Positions 51,584-62,624 are shown, counted from the first letter of the stretch. The stretch is 64,000 bases of DNA from Thainema sp. (GCA_052168235.1 JBQLZK010000001.1:256001-320000), one strand, 5' to 3'. Notes: generated by a model not told the origin, from the letters alone. Program-made: numbers and translations.

Positions 51584-52027
51584 TTAGCCGACCCAGTTCA
51601 CACCACCGTCAGATGGAATGGAAGGCAGCGGTTTGCTCACAGGCGCACGCCGCGCATCATGGGTCGAGGTAGGCTGAGTTGACTTTTGCTGCTGCTGTTT
51701 CTGCTGTCCTGAGCCGTTTCCGGTGGAGCGCTCATCGGCGGGCTTGGCCACTCCTTTCAGCTCATATCTGGGTTCTGGCTTCAGCGCTTCCCGTTCTGGG
51801 ATCACAATCTTACGCATGAAGTACTCAATCGTTTTCTGCTTCACCCAGCCACGGGTGGCCAAAACTTCGCCGAACTTCATGCCAGTGGCTTGCTGATCAT
51901 TTAGTGCCACATCAATTTGAGCCTGCGTTAGTAATCCAGCATCGACCAGGTAGCTGCCCAGTCGTTTACGACCCGTCATCGATGTTGAGACGGTTTGGAC
52001 TTGATATCGCTCGCTGCTGTCTCGCAT
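51584..52027 (-). CDS. Hypothetical protein with MshEN-like motif
   Basis: RLGSYLVDAGLLTQAQIDVALNDQ...KFGEVL resembles the MshEN RLGxxLxxxG repeat. Confidence 0.7.
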   Translation of the reverse strand: MRDSSERYQVQTVSTSMTGRKRLGSYLVDAGLLTQAQIDVALNDQQATGMKFGEVLATRGWVKQKTIEYFMRKIVIPEREALKPEPRYELKGVAKPADERSTGNGSGQQKQQQQKSTQPTSTHDARRAPVSKPLPSIPSDGGVNWVG

Positions 52028-52374
52028 GATATCCTCCGAACGTATCGCTTTCGTGATGCAGTCTTCAGGCCGATAATGATTGGCTATGTAGGCACGATCT
52101 ACAGCCTGCTGTCTACCGTTTGCTTAAACCTTCATACCGTTTCCACCAAAACGGCAATTTTCTTCATTCGTAATTGATATTCTATCCACTATAACAACTT
52201 GTTCCGAGAGTCCCCACCCCCGGCAGGGTGAACTACGGCTTTTTTGCTTGCCCTGAAAACCAGATGTCCTGCTAGGGTGGAATCAGGTACCAACCCTTGG
52301 CCAATTGTCATCGTTAAGCAACTTTTTAAGCAACGTTTAAGATTCACCATTCACATCAACTACCGACAACCTCA

Positions 52375-53784
52375 ATGGCTGCTGATTCATCTGCTCAGAC
52401 TCCCTGGTGGAGCGCTCCCAAACGCTATTTTCAGAAAGAAGTTTTACCCTTACTGGCTGATCTCCGACTTGCGATCGCACTTTTACTTGCGATCGCGGTG
52501 TTCAGCATCTCCGGCACGGTGATTGAACAAGGGCAATCCCTGGCGTTTTATCAAGCCAACTATCCCGAAGATCCCGCGCTGTTCGGCTTTCTCAGTTGGA
52601 AAGTTCTGCTGACAATTGGCCTCGACCATGTGTATCGCACCTGGTGGTTTCTGGCGCTGCTGATTCTGTTTGGCTCTAGCTTGACCGCCTGCACGTTTAC
52701 GCGACAGTTTCCGGCTCTCAAAGCCGCCCGCCGCTGGAAGTTCTACGAGAAACCCCGCCAGTTCGAGAAACTCGCCCTCAGCACTGAGTTCAGTACCTCC
52801 TCGCCTGCCTCCCTCGATACTCTCGACCATTTACTGAAAGCTAAGCGGTATAAGGTATTTCAGGAGGGCAATACCCTCTACGCCCGCAAAGGCATCGCCG
52901 GACGCATTGGCCCAATCATCGTTCACGCCAGTATGCTGCTGATTTTGGCAGGCGCAATCTGGGGCGCGATGACCGGATTTTTTGCTCAGGAGATGGTACC
53001 CAGTGGCGAAACGTTTCAGGTGAAGCACATCTTTGATGCCGGCCCGTGGGCCGAGCGGCAGGTGCCCACCGATTGGAGCGTGAAGGTGAATCGCTTCTGG
53101 ATTGACTACACGCCAGAGGGCGACATCGACCAGTTTTATTCGGATCTGTCGGTGATTGATCAGGACGGGAATGAGCGCGATCGCAAAACGATCCACGTCA
53201 ATCAGCCGCTCACCTATGATCATGTGACGTTCTATCAGGCCGATTGGGGCATTTCCGGCGTTCAGGTCAAGCTCAACAACAGTCCCATTTTCCAGCTACC
53301 AATGGGTCAGCTAGAAGTGGGCGGAGCGGGTCGCCTCTGGGGAACCTGGGTGCCGACCAGCACGGACTTGTCCTCTGGTGTGTCGCTGGTGGCGAAGGAT
53401 TTGCAGGGAATGCTGCTGGTCTATGACCAAACGGGCAAGCTGATTTCGACGGTACGCGAGGGAATGTCTACGGAAGTAAATGGCATCACGCTGTCGGTCG
53501 TCAAGATTATTGGCAGTACGGGGCTGCAAATCAAAGCCGATCCGGGGATTCCGATTGTCTATGCGGGCTTTGGGCTGCTGATGATTGGGGTGGTGATGAG
53601 CTATGTGTCGCACTCGCAGGTGTGGGCACTGCGGCAGGATGATCGGCTCTATGTCGGTGGCCGCACGAATCGCGCCCAGGTGACATTTGAGCGTGAGCTA
53701 ATCGGTATTTTTGATCAGCTTAGTGAAACCGAATTGGATACTGAAGCGAGTTCTTCGACTCCAAAGCCAACGTTAGTTACCTAA
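52375..53784 (+). CDS. ccs1: Cytochrome c biogenesis protein Ccs1/ResB
   Basis: [43 protein letters not shown]. Confidence 0.93.
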   Translation: MAADSSAQTPWWSAPKRYFQKEVLPLLADLRLAIALLLAIAVFSISGTVIEQGQSLAFYQANYPEDPALFGFLSWKVLLTIGLDHVYRTWWFLALLILFGSSLTACTFTRQFPALKAARRWKFYEKPRQFEKLALSTEFSTSSPASLDTLDHLLKAKRYKVFQEGNTLYARKGIAGRIGPIIVHASMLLILAGAIWGAMTGFFAQEMVPSGETFQVKHIFDAGPWAERQVPTDWSVKVNRFWIDYTPEGDIDQFYSDLSVIDQDGNERDRKTIHVNQPLTYDHVTFYQADWGISGVQVKLNNSPIFQLPMGQLEVGGAGRLWGTWVPTSTDLSSGVSLVAKDLQGMLLVYDQTGKLISTVREGMSTEVNGITLSVVKIIGSTGLQIKADPGIPIVYAGFGLLMIGVVMSYVSHSQVWALRQDDRLYVGGRTNRAQVTFERELIGIFDQLSETELDTEASSSTPKPTLVT

Positions 53785-53833
53785 CAATTTTAGTGGTTTG
53801 CTTGTTGCAATTTTGTTCTGGAGAATTTGTGAT

Positions 53834-53938
53834 CTCTAACGTCCAGGATGAGATGCAGGCGAAAGCGATGCGGCCTTTCCCCTTCCTCTTGCAAAAGGCG
53901 TGTCGCTTTTGACTGTCAGTTCCATCCATTGGTTAGGC
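53834..53938 (-). other. attC recombination site (105 bp)
   Basis: Minus strand GCCTAACCAATGGATGGAACTGAC...GCATCTCATCCTGGACGTTAGAG, imperfect long hairpin. Confidence 0.85.
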
Positions 53939-54045
53939 GGCAACGCGCATACCTCGGCGCGCTGATGTTCGATCATGTATCAGCCACCTCTCGCTTTGCT
54001 AATGATTCCCACAAACGTCCGAAGAACCTCGCAAGGCTCGTCTTA

Positions 54046-54285
54046 TCAGCTAGCCGCTGTGCCACTACCGCCGAGCGAGCTAGAAGCCCCAAGGATAAAA
54101 CCGAAGTCATACAACAGTCCGTTGTTGTTCGTCTCGTAGATGCGGACACCATCCACAAAGAGACTTACGAAAAATACAATCGGACTGATCAGGCCGTGCC
54201 AAAGGCCAGCCAAGAACCCAGCGGGTCTTCCACCAGGAAGAGAGTATTTTGAATTGGGACCTGCTACGGCTAGAACGTTTGCCAT
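54046..54285 (-). CDS. Small membrane protein (cassette ORF)
   Basis: PAGFLAGLWHG..YETNNNGLLYDFGF; RBS GGGAGG upstream. Confidence 0.8.
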   Translation of the reverse strand: MANVLAVAGPNSKYSLPGGRPAGFLAGLWHGLISPIVFFVSLFVDGVRIYETNNNGLLYDFGFILGASSSLGGSGTAAS

Positions 54286-54405
54286 CGATTCCTCCCAATA
54301 AGATTTGGTGCCTTGGCGTTCGAAAAACGTGACTCTTAAGGTTGACGGATACAGCTTAAAGGCGAACCCCGTTCGTCAGCAGTCTACATGTGCCCCACCA
54401 TTGCC

Positions 54406-54503
54406 GCCTAACACCACAAACTCGGCGACCCAGCGCACGGAACCCAGCGAAGCGATTACAGCCGCGAAGCTTCCGCCAGATTTGCAGCAGCACATTGTTA
54501 GGC
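54406..54503 (-). other. attC-like site (98 bp, imperfect)
   Basis: Minus strand GCCTAAC...GTTAGGC ends; CAAATCTGGCG/CGCCGAGTTTG arms; starts 13 bp after a stop codon. Confidence 0.65.
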
Positions 54504-54516
54504 TAACGTCTTATCA

Positions 54517-54783
54517 TTATCTTTGTAGTCGGTCAATGACTCTCAAGAATCTTAAATTCCACCCAAAATCGAAAACCAGCATCCACTGCATAGCAGCGCA
54601 AAATGCCAATGTTCCATCTGTAGGCTGGCCACTACTTAAGCGGGACACGATGAGCACAATAGAAGCTATGCACGCACACCAAAACACAATCGTCTGGCGA
54701 CGGGCCAAGTCATTAATGGCGGCGGCTCGCCGTGTAGTGTCTGTTGCCACCTCTGCGAACTTCTTATCGTATTTGGTGAACAT
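54517..54783 (-). CDS. Small two-TM hypothetical protein (cassette ORF)
   Basis: 88 aa, two hydrophobic segments, fills the space between core sites. Confidence 0.7.
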   Translation of the reverse strand: MFTKYDKKFAEVATDTTRRAAAINDLARRQTIVFWCACIASIVLIVSRLSSGQPTDGTLAFCAAMQWMLVFDFGWNLRFLRVIDRLQR

Positions 54784-55163
54784 AATGAAGTATGTGTAGT
54801 GAAGTGGCCTAACGATGAAGTTGAGCTGCGGGGAAAATCGCTTAGGCTAATGGATTCAGTATAAACATCTTGAATTTGCAATTTAGGCTGTTTGAACTGC
54901 ATGTATTATTTGGCAACACATCTTTATCTTAATTTCCTGATCCTGGTAGAGATGGTGTGGTTTCACTGTGAATGGGAGGAAAAGTGCGATCGCATGTGAA
55001 CAAGATTGAGGAAAAAGTGCGATTGTTCTGCGAAGCAAATGGGATTGCGGGGAAAGTGCGATCGCACTGTAAAAGTAATGGTGTTAGTTCTGCGATCGCA
55101 CTGTAAACAGGATCGTGAAAAGAGTGCGATCGCTAATCAAAACACTCAACGAAGAGAACAGAG

Positions 55164-55556
55164 CTAAGGAATATAAATCCGATCTACACCCATGTAATTC
55201 TCAATATCAAATAAAATCTCGACTAATCAGCTCGCGCATCGTTCCCGATAAATCTGCTCATCGAGCCGCTCTTTATTGCCAATCGTTACAACAGGCAGCG
55301 ATTGTAGATTATTTTCTTCCCGGATTACTTGTTCTAGTGAATCATCTCCCTTCATATTACGATTTGCCGTCAGAATGATCATCTGATTGCTTTGAACCAC
55401 CTGCCACACCAAGCGATCAGGACTATTTTCAAGTAAGCTGACTTCTTCAAATCCAACGAAGCGAATTGGCATCAGTTCAAGCCATCCTTCAGCCGCGATC
55501 GTCCCCCACAATAAAGCTGCTTGTCCTCTCAAGTTGTAATCAACCAGGAAATTCAT
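55164..55556 (-). pseudogene. DUF5615-like PIN toxin with premature TGA
   Basis: MNFLVDYNL..DRLVW..LTANRN; frame continues after TGA 55227-55229 as LVEILFDIENYMGVDRIYIP* to 55164. Confidence 0.7.
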
Positions 55557-55927
55557 ACCTTGGATTCAAGCCGATCTTTCCAAGCTTGAAGTTTTGCACG
55601 GATAGCCTCATGTTCTAGGTTTGGAGGCATTGCAGCAAGACGGGCAAAATGTTCTCGATTACGTGCTTCCCAGAATTGTCGGTTCTCTTCTGCAATTTGT
55701 AAAACCTGTTGATATTCGGCTTCGGCTTCAGCCTGATGAGCCTCAATGTAACAGAGAGCAGCATCGACTTGAGCATCTGTGAGACAGAGCTTTTCACGAA
55801 TGAGTTTCGCAGGATAGCCAGCCGTGAAATAATCCATCACATCATACAGAGTAATGCGGGTGCCTGCGATGGTTAGTCCTCGCTCTGTCCGTACAATATT
55901 GGCTTGTTCATTCGGTGCTGAAGCCAT
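55553..55927 (-). CDS. DUF433 family antitoxin
   Basis: RTERGLTIAGTRITLYDVMD..LTDAQVDAALCY; overlaps the toxin start. Confidence 0.9.
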   Translation of the reverse strand: MASAPNEQANIVRTERGLTIAGTRITLYDVMDYFTAGYPAKLIREKLCLTDAQVDAALCYIEAHQAEAEAEYQQVLQIAEENRQFWEARNREHFARLAAMPPNLEHEAIRAKLQAWKDRLESKV

Positions 55928-56103
55928 AGCCCAATTTTTGTAAAAGCTGCTTTCAGCATATCGCGTTGTAAATGGGATGTGAGAGAAGTGCGATCGCATT
56001 CATGACCTCAATCACTGGACACCATAACGCTTTGCAAATCGCCATTGCTTCAGTGCCGAAAGCCTTGCTCTGTAATAAATCGGGTCAATTGCGCCAGTTT
56101 TGG

Positions 56104-57000
56104 TTAGTCCCATCGATGTTGTCGAGCTTCATAGACAATCTCTTGAGCCTCTTCGAGTGAAATATCATAGCGGGCGCTCAAAAGATAAGGAATGCGATCG
56201 CAGTCGCGATTCGGATCCACATCTGGTTTGCTGGAATAAGCAGGCAGGGCAACATTGCATAAAAAAGGCGCAGCTTTCGCCTCTAGTTGAAGCGGTTCAA
56301 GATTTTGAGCGTCTCGCGAATTTGTAAAAAATAGCAAGGCACCGCTGAGGTTAGCATTGCTCAAGTTGGCATCAGTGAGCAGGGTACAGTTGAGGTCAGT
56401 CCCGCTGAGGTTGGCATATCGAAGATCGGCCCTACTGAGATTGGTATATCTGAGGTTAGCCCCGCTGAGGTTGGCATATCGAAGATCAGCCCTGCTGAGG
56501 TTAGCCCCGCTGAGGTTGGCACTGATGAGGTTGGCTCCGCTAAGATTGGCCCCGTTAAGGTTGGCTCCGTTAAGCCCAGCATAGTTAAGGTCAGCCCCGC
56601 TCAAGTCGACACCGCTGAGATTGGCATCACTCAGATTAGCCTCGTTAAGCTCAGCATTGTTAAGATTAGCCCCACTCAAATCAGCCCCGCTGAGATCGAC
56701 GCCGCTCAGGTTAGCTGTCTCTGGATGTCTGTTGGTCGTGCGGGAATTGAGCACTAGGAAGATGCCACCAGCAACTATCGTGATTGCCCCAATCCCGCCG
56801 ATGAGAGTTTCACGATCTGAATGAGCAAGAGCTGCTGTTTCGTTGTCGGGTAGGTGACTATAATCCGGCTGGAGTCTCCGATTGGGAAGTAACCCAAGCC
56901 ACCACACCATCCCAAGAAAGGCTGGAGTTGCGATCGCTCCCATCACCCACCACTTGTTAATCCTGATCTTTGGCTGCCACTGCTTAAATTGCTCCCGCAT
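56104..57000 (-). CDS. Membrane-anchored pentapeptide repeat protein
   Basis: Two TM segments followed by long ANLSG/ADLRY repeats. Confidence 0.9.
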   Translation of the reverse strand: MREQFKQWQPKIRINKWWVMGAIATPAFLGMVWWLGLLPNRRLQPDYSHLPDNETAALAHSDRETLIGGIGAITIVAGGIFLVLNSRTTNRHPETANLSGVDLSGADLSGANLNNAELNEANLSDANLSGVDLSGADLNYAGLNGANLNGANLSGANLISANLSGANLSRADLRYANLSGANLRYTNLSRADLRYANLSGTDLNCTLLTDANLSNANLSGALLFFTNSRDAQNLEPLQLEAKAAPFLCNVALPAYSSKPDVDPNRDCDRIPYLLSARYDISLEEAQEIVYEARQHRWD

Positions 57001-57478
57001 GCTTGAGACTCCCTCAATATAATGGGCTCAGCGCTGAGCCTATTATTACGCCCCCTATTTCGGGAAAGCTCTAATCTTTATGCACGCTTAACCCCACCCC
57101 ATTCACCCCAAAGTAAACGGGCCTCTCTCGACATATTCGGGGAGGCGACTCCGATGCGATTGCTTATACCCTTTGCTAGATGTTTAGTGATGCATCTTTT
57201 GCTATGTGTTGTAGATTAAGCCATTTGTCCTATACCTTGCCAACCTGAAACTCGAAATAGACATTTTGCGATCGCAAGGTGGCGGTAAAATATCCCTTCT
57301 GGTTTTGGTAGATAACATAAACCTGGTTGCCCACCCCTGATTGCTATCGCTGCCCAGTTGATGGCGATGATGAACCGGATTGCTTGCAGCTTTATGGGTT
57401 TAATACTATTTGACGCTGTCAGCATCTACTTGCCCGATCTCTCAAGTCTGCTTCTTCCTGTCGATTGCTATCCAACCT

Positions 57479-60400
57479 ATGTTCGACGACGCATCCTCTA
57501 AACCTCTCTCGTCGGTTCCTTTACCCAGTCCCGAAACGGAACAAGTAGACGCACTGCAACATGAACAAGAAATGTTGAAGGTGCTATTGGATAATGTACA
57601 GACTGGAATTGTGGCTTGTAATGCTCAAGGGATTTTGACGCTGTTCAACCAGGTTGCCCGCGAGTTTCATGGCCTGCCAGAACAGCCTTTACCACCTGAG
57701 CAATGGGCAGAATATTACGACCTCTATCGGGCTGATGGCAAAACGCGGATGTCTCAACATGAGATTCCGCTATTTCGCGCTTTACAAGGAGAAACAGTTC
57801 ACAACGTTGAAATGGTGATTGCGCCGAAGGGAAAAATGGCGCGGACACTGTTGGCTAGCGGACAAGCCATCATTGATGCTCAGGGGAACAAGCAGGGCGC
57901 GGTGGTAGTGATGCACGACATCACAGAGCGTAAGCAGATGGAAAATGTGCTGCGAGAAAGTGAAGCTCGGCTGTTTAGCATTTTTCAGACGATTCCCGAT
58001 GGCGTCATTATTCTGGATCAACATGGACAGATTGCAGCAGCCAATTCAGCCGCAGAACAAATTCTAGGATTGGCTAGTGGCGTCTTAGCCCAGCGCGTAT
58101 ATAACGATCCAAATTGGTCAATTACAACCCTGGATGGGCAACCCTTCCCTGAAGAAGAACTACCGTTTACCCGCGTGATGCAGACTCGCAAGCCTGTTTA
58201 CGCTGTTGAACATGCCATTAGCCACGCTGACGGGACAAGAAAGCTCCTTTCGATCAACGCTTCTCCTTTGTTTGATACAGAAGGACATCTAATTAATGTA
58301 GTTGCATCCGTCAGCGACATTACCGCTCGCAAACAGGCCGAAGTGACGCTGCAAGAATCAGAAGAACGCTATCGTTCGGTCATTGAAACAGCGGCTGAGG
58401 GCATTGTGCTGCAGTATGCAGACGGCACTATCTTTACCTGTAATGTCAGTGCTGAGCAAATTTTAGGACTGACCGCGGCTCAAATGATGGGACGCACCTC
58501 CCTTGATCCTCGCTGGTCTGCCATCCATGAAGATGGTTCACCGTTTCCGGGTGAACAGCATCCGGCGATGATTACGCTGCAAACGGGGGAACCCCAATCC
58601 AATCAGGTGATGGGGGTTTGCAAACCTGATGGGACGCTGACTTGGATCTCAATTAATACCCGTCCACTCTTTCAAGCCCATGATCCAAAGCCATTTGCTG
58701 TGGTGGCTTCTTTTTTTGATATCACTGATCGCAAACAGGCCGAGACGGAACGAGATCAGTTAATTCGCGAACAGGCAGCTCGATTGGAAGCGGAAGCGGA
58801 TCAGCGGCGATCGGCCTTCCTGGTAGAAGTCAGCACGGCTTTGGCGTCGTCTTTGGATTATGAACAAACGCTGCAAAGTGTTGCCCAGTTAGCTGTCCCC
58901 TATTTTGCTGATTGGTGTTCGGTAGATCTATTAAACGATGACGGCAGCATCAGCCGTGTGGCCGTGGCCCATTCTGATCCGGAGAAGGTGCAGTTTGGTT
59001 GGGAGCTTGCCCAACGCTTTTCTCGACATCTGGATGATGGATACGGTGTTTCTGAGGTGATGAAAACGGGTCGTAGCGAAATTGCGATCGCAATTACCGA
59101 TGAGCAACTGGCAACCATTCCGAATCCTGAATATTTGGAAATCTTACGCGGCATCGGTTTAAAATCCTGTATCGTCTCGCCTCTCCAGGCTCGGGGCCGG
59201 GTCATGGGCGGCATTTCGTTTGCCTTTGCCGAATCAAATCGCCACTACAGTCCTGCTGATTTGACGTTGGCGGAAGACTTAGCCCGGCGTGCTGCGATCG
59301 CAATTGATAATGCTCGCTTGTACTACACAGCACAGCAGGCCAAGCAAGCGGCTGAAACCGCTGCTGACCGCACAGCTCGTCTACAGGCTGTGACAGCCGC
59401 TCTGGCTGAATCGTTAACGCCTGAACAGGTTGCCAATGTGGTGGTGGAGCAGAGTGTCGCAGCACTTGGCGCAAAAGCCGCTCTGGTGGCGCTGGTCAGT
59501 CCCGACAGAACCGAACTTGAAATTGTCCAATCAATTGACTGTCGCCCAGAGTTAATAGAGTCCTGGCACAAATTTCCAATTGATGCCGATGCGCCACTGG
59601 CAAAAGCCGTTCGGACTGGTCAACCCCAATGGCTAGAAACCCTGGCCGATCGAGTTGCCCGCTATCCTCATCTAGCCACCGCCTATAGCCATTACAATTT
59701 TGAATCTTGGATGTCACTACCGCTGATCGTAGAAGGCGTCTCAATTGGCGGCATCGCGCTTGGCTTTGCGAGTTATCGACATCTGAGCCAAGCTGACCGC
59801 GAATTTATTTTGGCTCTCAGTCGTCAATGTGCCCAGGCCATCTCACGCGCCCAACTATATGAGGCCGAACGTCAGGCCAGAGCCGAAGCTGAACAGGCGA
59901 ATCAGGTGAAAGATGAATTCTTAGCGGTGCTCTCCCATGAGTTGCGATCGCCACTAAATCCGATTTTGGGCTGGTCTAGACTGCTACAAACTAAGCATGA
60001 CAATTTGGATACCTTACTGCGCGGTTTGCAAACAATTGAACGCAACGCCAAACTGCAAACTCAATTAATTGAAGACTTACTAGATGTTTCTCGAATTTTG
60101 CGCGGCAAACTCAGCCTCACCGTTGCACCCGTCGATCTCAAGTCCACCATCGACGCCGCAATCGAAACTGTCCGGCTAGCGGCAGAGGCCAAAAAAATTG
60201 ATTTGCAATTTACGGTTGTGGATTTTGACTCGAATGATCATGCATTAGATGCTCTAGACTTCAAAATTTCAAATCCTCACTACCACGTTTCTGGAGACGC
60301 GGCTCGCTTACAGCAGGTCGTGTGGAATTTGCTGTCCAATGCCGTTAAATTTACGCCCGATGGTGGTCGAGTCGAGGTGAAGCTGGAACAGGCTTTCTCA

Positions 60401-61123
60401 CCGACTCAGCGAGCCATTGCTCTGTCCTCTCATTACGCCTATGCCCAAATCACCGTCACCGATACTGGGCAAGGCATCAAAACCGAGTTTCTGCCGTATA
60501 TTTTTGAGCGCTTTCGCCAAGCTGACAGTAAAACCACCCGTAAATTTGGCGGGTTGGGCTTGGGTTTAGCCATTGTGCGTCAATTGGTTGAACTACACGG
60601 AGGAACGGTTCAGGTAGATAGCCCTGGTGAAGGACAGGGAGCCACCTTTACGGTGCGGCTACCGCTGCTGAGCAAACAGATCGCTCGCCCCATCGAAGAA
60701 CCTTATCCCCTCACGCCGCTATCATCTTATCCGCTCCTAGGCGTGCGAATTCTGGTTGTGGATGATGCCCCCGACACCCGTGAACTGCTGATGTTTGTGT
60801 TGGAAGAAGCAGGAGCCAGCGTTTCATCGGTTTCATCGGCGATCGAAGCGCTACAGTGGTTAGCCACGTCAAACGGCAAAATTGACGTACTGATCAGCGA
60901 TATTGGAATGCCTGAGATGGACGGCTATATGTTGATGCGACACCTTAAAGCTCAATTTGCTGAACAGGACAATTCAACTCCACCCTTCCATGCGATCGCA
61001 CTAACTGCCTACGCAGAAGAAGCCAACCAGAAACAGGCTCTAGCCGCCGGATTCCAGCGCTATTTGAGCAAGCCAGTTGACCCCAATGAATTAATCGATG
61101 AGATCGCAAGTTTAGTCAATTAA
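57479..61123 (+). CDS. Hybrid sensor histidine kinase (3 PAS/PAC, 2 GAF, HisKA, HATPase, REC)
   Basis: DITERK-type PAC ends, SHELRSPL, NLLSNAVKFT, GLGLGL, LVVDD, SDIGMPEMDG. Confidence 0.95.
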   Translation: MFDDASSKPLSSVPLPSPETEQVDALQHEQEMLKVLLDNVQTGIVACNAQGILTLFNQVAREFHGLPEQPLPPEQWAEYYDLYRADGKTRMSQHEIPLFRALQGETVHNVEMVIAPKGKMARTLLASGQAIIDAQGNKQGAVVVMHDITERKQMENVLRESEARLFSIFQTIPDGVIILDQHGQIAAANSAAEQILGLASGVLAQRVYNDPNWSITTLDGQPFPEEELPFTRVMQTRKPVYAVEHAISHADGTRKLLSINASPLFDTEGHLINVVASVSDITARKQAEVTLQESEERYRSVIETAAEGIVLQYADGTIFTCNVSAEQILGLTAAQMMGRTSLDPRWSAIHEDGSPFPGEQHPAMITLQTGEPQSNQVMGVCKPDGTLTWISINTRPLFQAHDPKPFAVVASFFDITDRKQAETERDQLIREQAARLEAEADQRRSAFLVEVSTALASSLDYEQTLQSVAQLAVPYFADWCSVDLLNDDGSISRVAVAHSDPEKVQFGWELAQRFSRHLDDGYGVSEVMKTGRSEIAIAITDEQLATIPNPEYLEILRGIGLKSCIVSPLQARGRVMGGISFAFAESNRHYSPADLTLAEDLARRAAIAIDNARLYYTAQQAKQAAETAADRTARLQAVTAALAESLTPEQVANVVVEQSVAALGAKAALVALVSPDRTELEIVQSIDCRPELIESWHKFPIDADAPLAKAVRTGQPQWLETLADRVARYPHLATAYSHYNFESWMSLPLIVEGVSIGGIALGFASYRHLSQADREFILALSRQCAQAISRAQLYEAERQARAEAEQANQVKDEFLAVLSHELRSPLNPILGWSRLLQTKHDNLDTLLRGLQTIERNAKLQTQLIEDLLDVSRILRGKLSLTVAPVDLKSTIDAAIETVRLAAEAKKIDLQFTVVDFDSNDHALDALDFKISNPHYHVSGDAARLQQVVWNLLSNAVKFTPDGGRVEVKLEQAFSPTQRAIALSSHYAYAQITVTDTGQGIKTEFLPYIFERFRQADSKTTRKFGGLGLGLAIVRQLVELHGGTVQVDSPGEGQGATFTVRLPLLSKQIARPIEEPYPLTPLSSYPLLGVRILVVDDAPDTRELLMFVLEEAGASVSSVSSAIEALQWLATSNGKIDVLISDIGMPEMDGYMLMRHLKAQFAEQDNSTPPFHAIALTAYAEEANQKQALAAGFQRYLSKPVDPNELIDEIASLVN

Positions 61124-61328
61124 CGCCTTTCTCATAACCGTTGCACCTCTCTTATCAAATTTATTCCAACAATTTTCATCACGGCCTCTACCGTCGCTTA
61201 CCACGCTCTACAGCCCTTTACAGCCTTTTCCTTCACCCCAATTTCATAAAACGTTGCGGATCTTTTCGTTTTTTTTACATTCCACCTGTAGATTACAGAG
61301 TCGAAGTGCTTATTCAGGAGCAACGCAC

Positions 61329-62624
61329 ATGTTGAACACGCCGAACTCTGCTCACTGGTTAAAGGTTTTGTCCGGTGCAGCCAGTCTGATGGGAGCTAGC
61401 TTGTTCCTAAGCTTGCCTGCACTAGCAGAGTTAGAAGATTCTAAAACGCGGCCTCTATCGTCTGGTGCTGCCGCTGAAATAGATATGGTAGAGACCGAGG
61501 CGGTTGAGGCTGACGTAGAGGAAGTTGCTGAAGACGCAGCCGTAACTGACGTAGAAGAAATTGCTGAAACCGAGGCAGTGGACGCTGAAGCCGAGGTAAC
61601 TGGAGTTGAACCAGTTGGTGCTGAAACTGACCTAGAAGCCAACTCAGAGCAGCCGATGGCGGAAGAAAATACGGCTGAACTGGGTTCCCTAGAATCCGAG
61701 CTGTCGCCTGAAGCAGACGCTGGCATGGAAACCGAGGTTGAGCTAGATGCGGCTGAAACCTCGATGCCGGAAGCCATGCCTGAACTGTCGGGCACGGAGC
61801 CTGAAGCCGTTGATGCTGAAGAAGACGCCACTGAAACCGAGGCCATTTCTGAGGAAACCGTAGAAGAAACCGATGAACTCAGCGCTGAGGATCTAACCGA
61901 TACAACCGATACTGAAGCTGCCGTTGAAGAGGTAGAAACCGAGGTTGAAGCTGGACTCGAAACCACTCCGACTGATTCAGAAGCCGTCGCTCCTGTCGAA
62001 GAAGCGCCGCTAGAAACCAGCGACACGCTGTCGAATGAAGGTGCGATCGCAGAAGAAATTAGCGACACCACCATGCCTGAGGCGATGCCGGAAACAATGG
62101 AGCCAGCAGCCCCAGCTCCAATGGGTTCGGACATGGAATCTGACGTTGAGCCTGGCGCAGACGTACTCACAGAACCCGCTGAGGAATCAACTGAGCTAGA
62201 CACCTCGGTTGAGCCTCAAGAGCTACAGCAGTTTGCCAGTGCAATTCCCGTACTGCAAAACCTAGAGCAGTCTGCGCGTGAAGAAGTTGATGCCATCATT
62301 GCTCAATCTGATTTAACCCCGCAGCGATTTAATGAGCTCTATCTGGCCCAAGCTGAAGGGTCATCTCCTACCACCGCAGCAACTCCCGAAGAACAGGCTT
62401 CTTTCGAGGACTTGGTTAGCCAAATCGAATCCATCGAAAGCGAAACACTATCTCAGCAAGATGCTGCCATCCGCGCTGAAGGATTAGAGCCTGCCCGGTT
62501 CACCGAAATCATGGCAATGGTGCAGCAGAATCCTACGCTCCAAGAGCAAGTGATTCAAATGATGCAGCCTGCTGCTCCTGAACAGCCTGCTGCTCCTGAA
62601 CAGCCTGCTCCTGGTGTTCAGTAG
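61329..62624 (+). CDS. Secreted acidic protein with C-terminal DUF4168-like domain
   Basis: Signal peptide, Glu-rich low-complexity region, ELQQFASA..LTPQRFNE..GLEPARFTEI. Confidence 0.8.
   Translation: MLNTPNSAHWLKVLSGAASLMGASLFLSLPALAELEDSKTRPLSSGAAAEIDMVETEAVEADVEEVAEDAAVTDVEEIAETEAVDAEAEVTGVEPVGAETDLEANSEQPMAEENTAELGSLESELSPEADAGMETEVELDAAETSMPEAMPELSGTEPEAVDAEEDATETEAISEETVEETDELSAEDLTDTTDTEAAVEEVETEVEAGLETTPTDSEAVAPVEEAPLETSDTLSNEGAIAEEISDTTMPEAMPETMEPAAPAPMGSDMESDVEPGADVLTEPAEESTELDTSVEPQELQQFASAIPVLQNLEQSAREEVDAIIAQSDLTPQRFNELYLAQAEGSSPTTAATPEEQASFEDLVSQIESIESETLSQQDAAIRAEGLEPARFTEIMAMVQQNPTLQEQVIQMMQPAAPEQPAAPEQPAPGVQ

Larger units (their letters stand above)
53834..54847 (-). mobile_element. 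Second integron-like cassette array without integrase, two cassettes
   Basis: Each small ORF lies between a GTTAGGC core and a complementary GCCTAAC inverse core on the minus strand. Confidence 0.78.

Noticed and set aside
53848..54799. Plus-strand ORFs 53848-54252 and 54305-54799
   Set aside because: They run across attC sites and lie antisense to better-supported cassette ORFs
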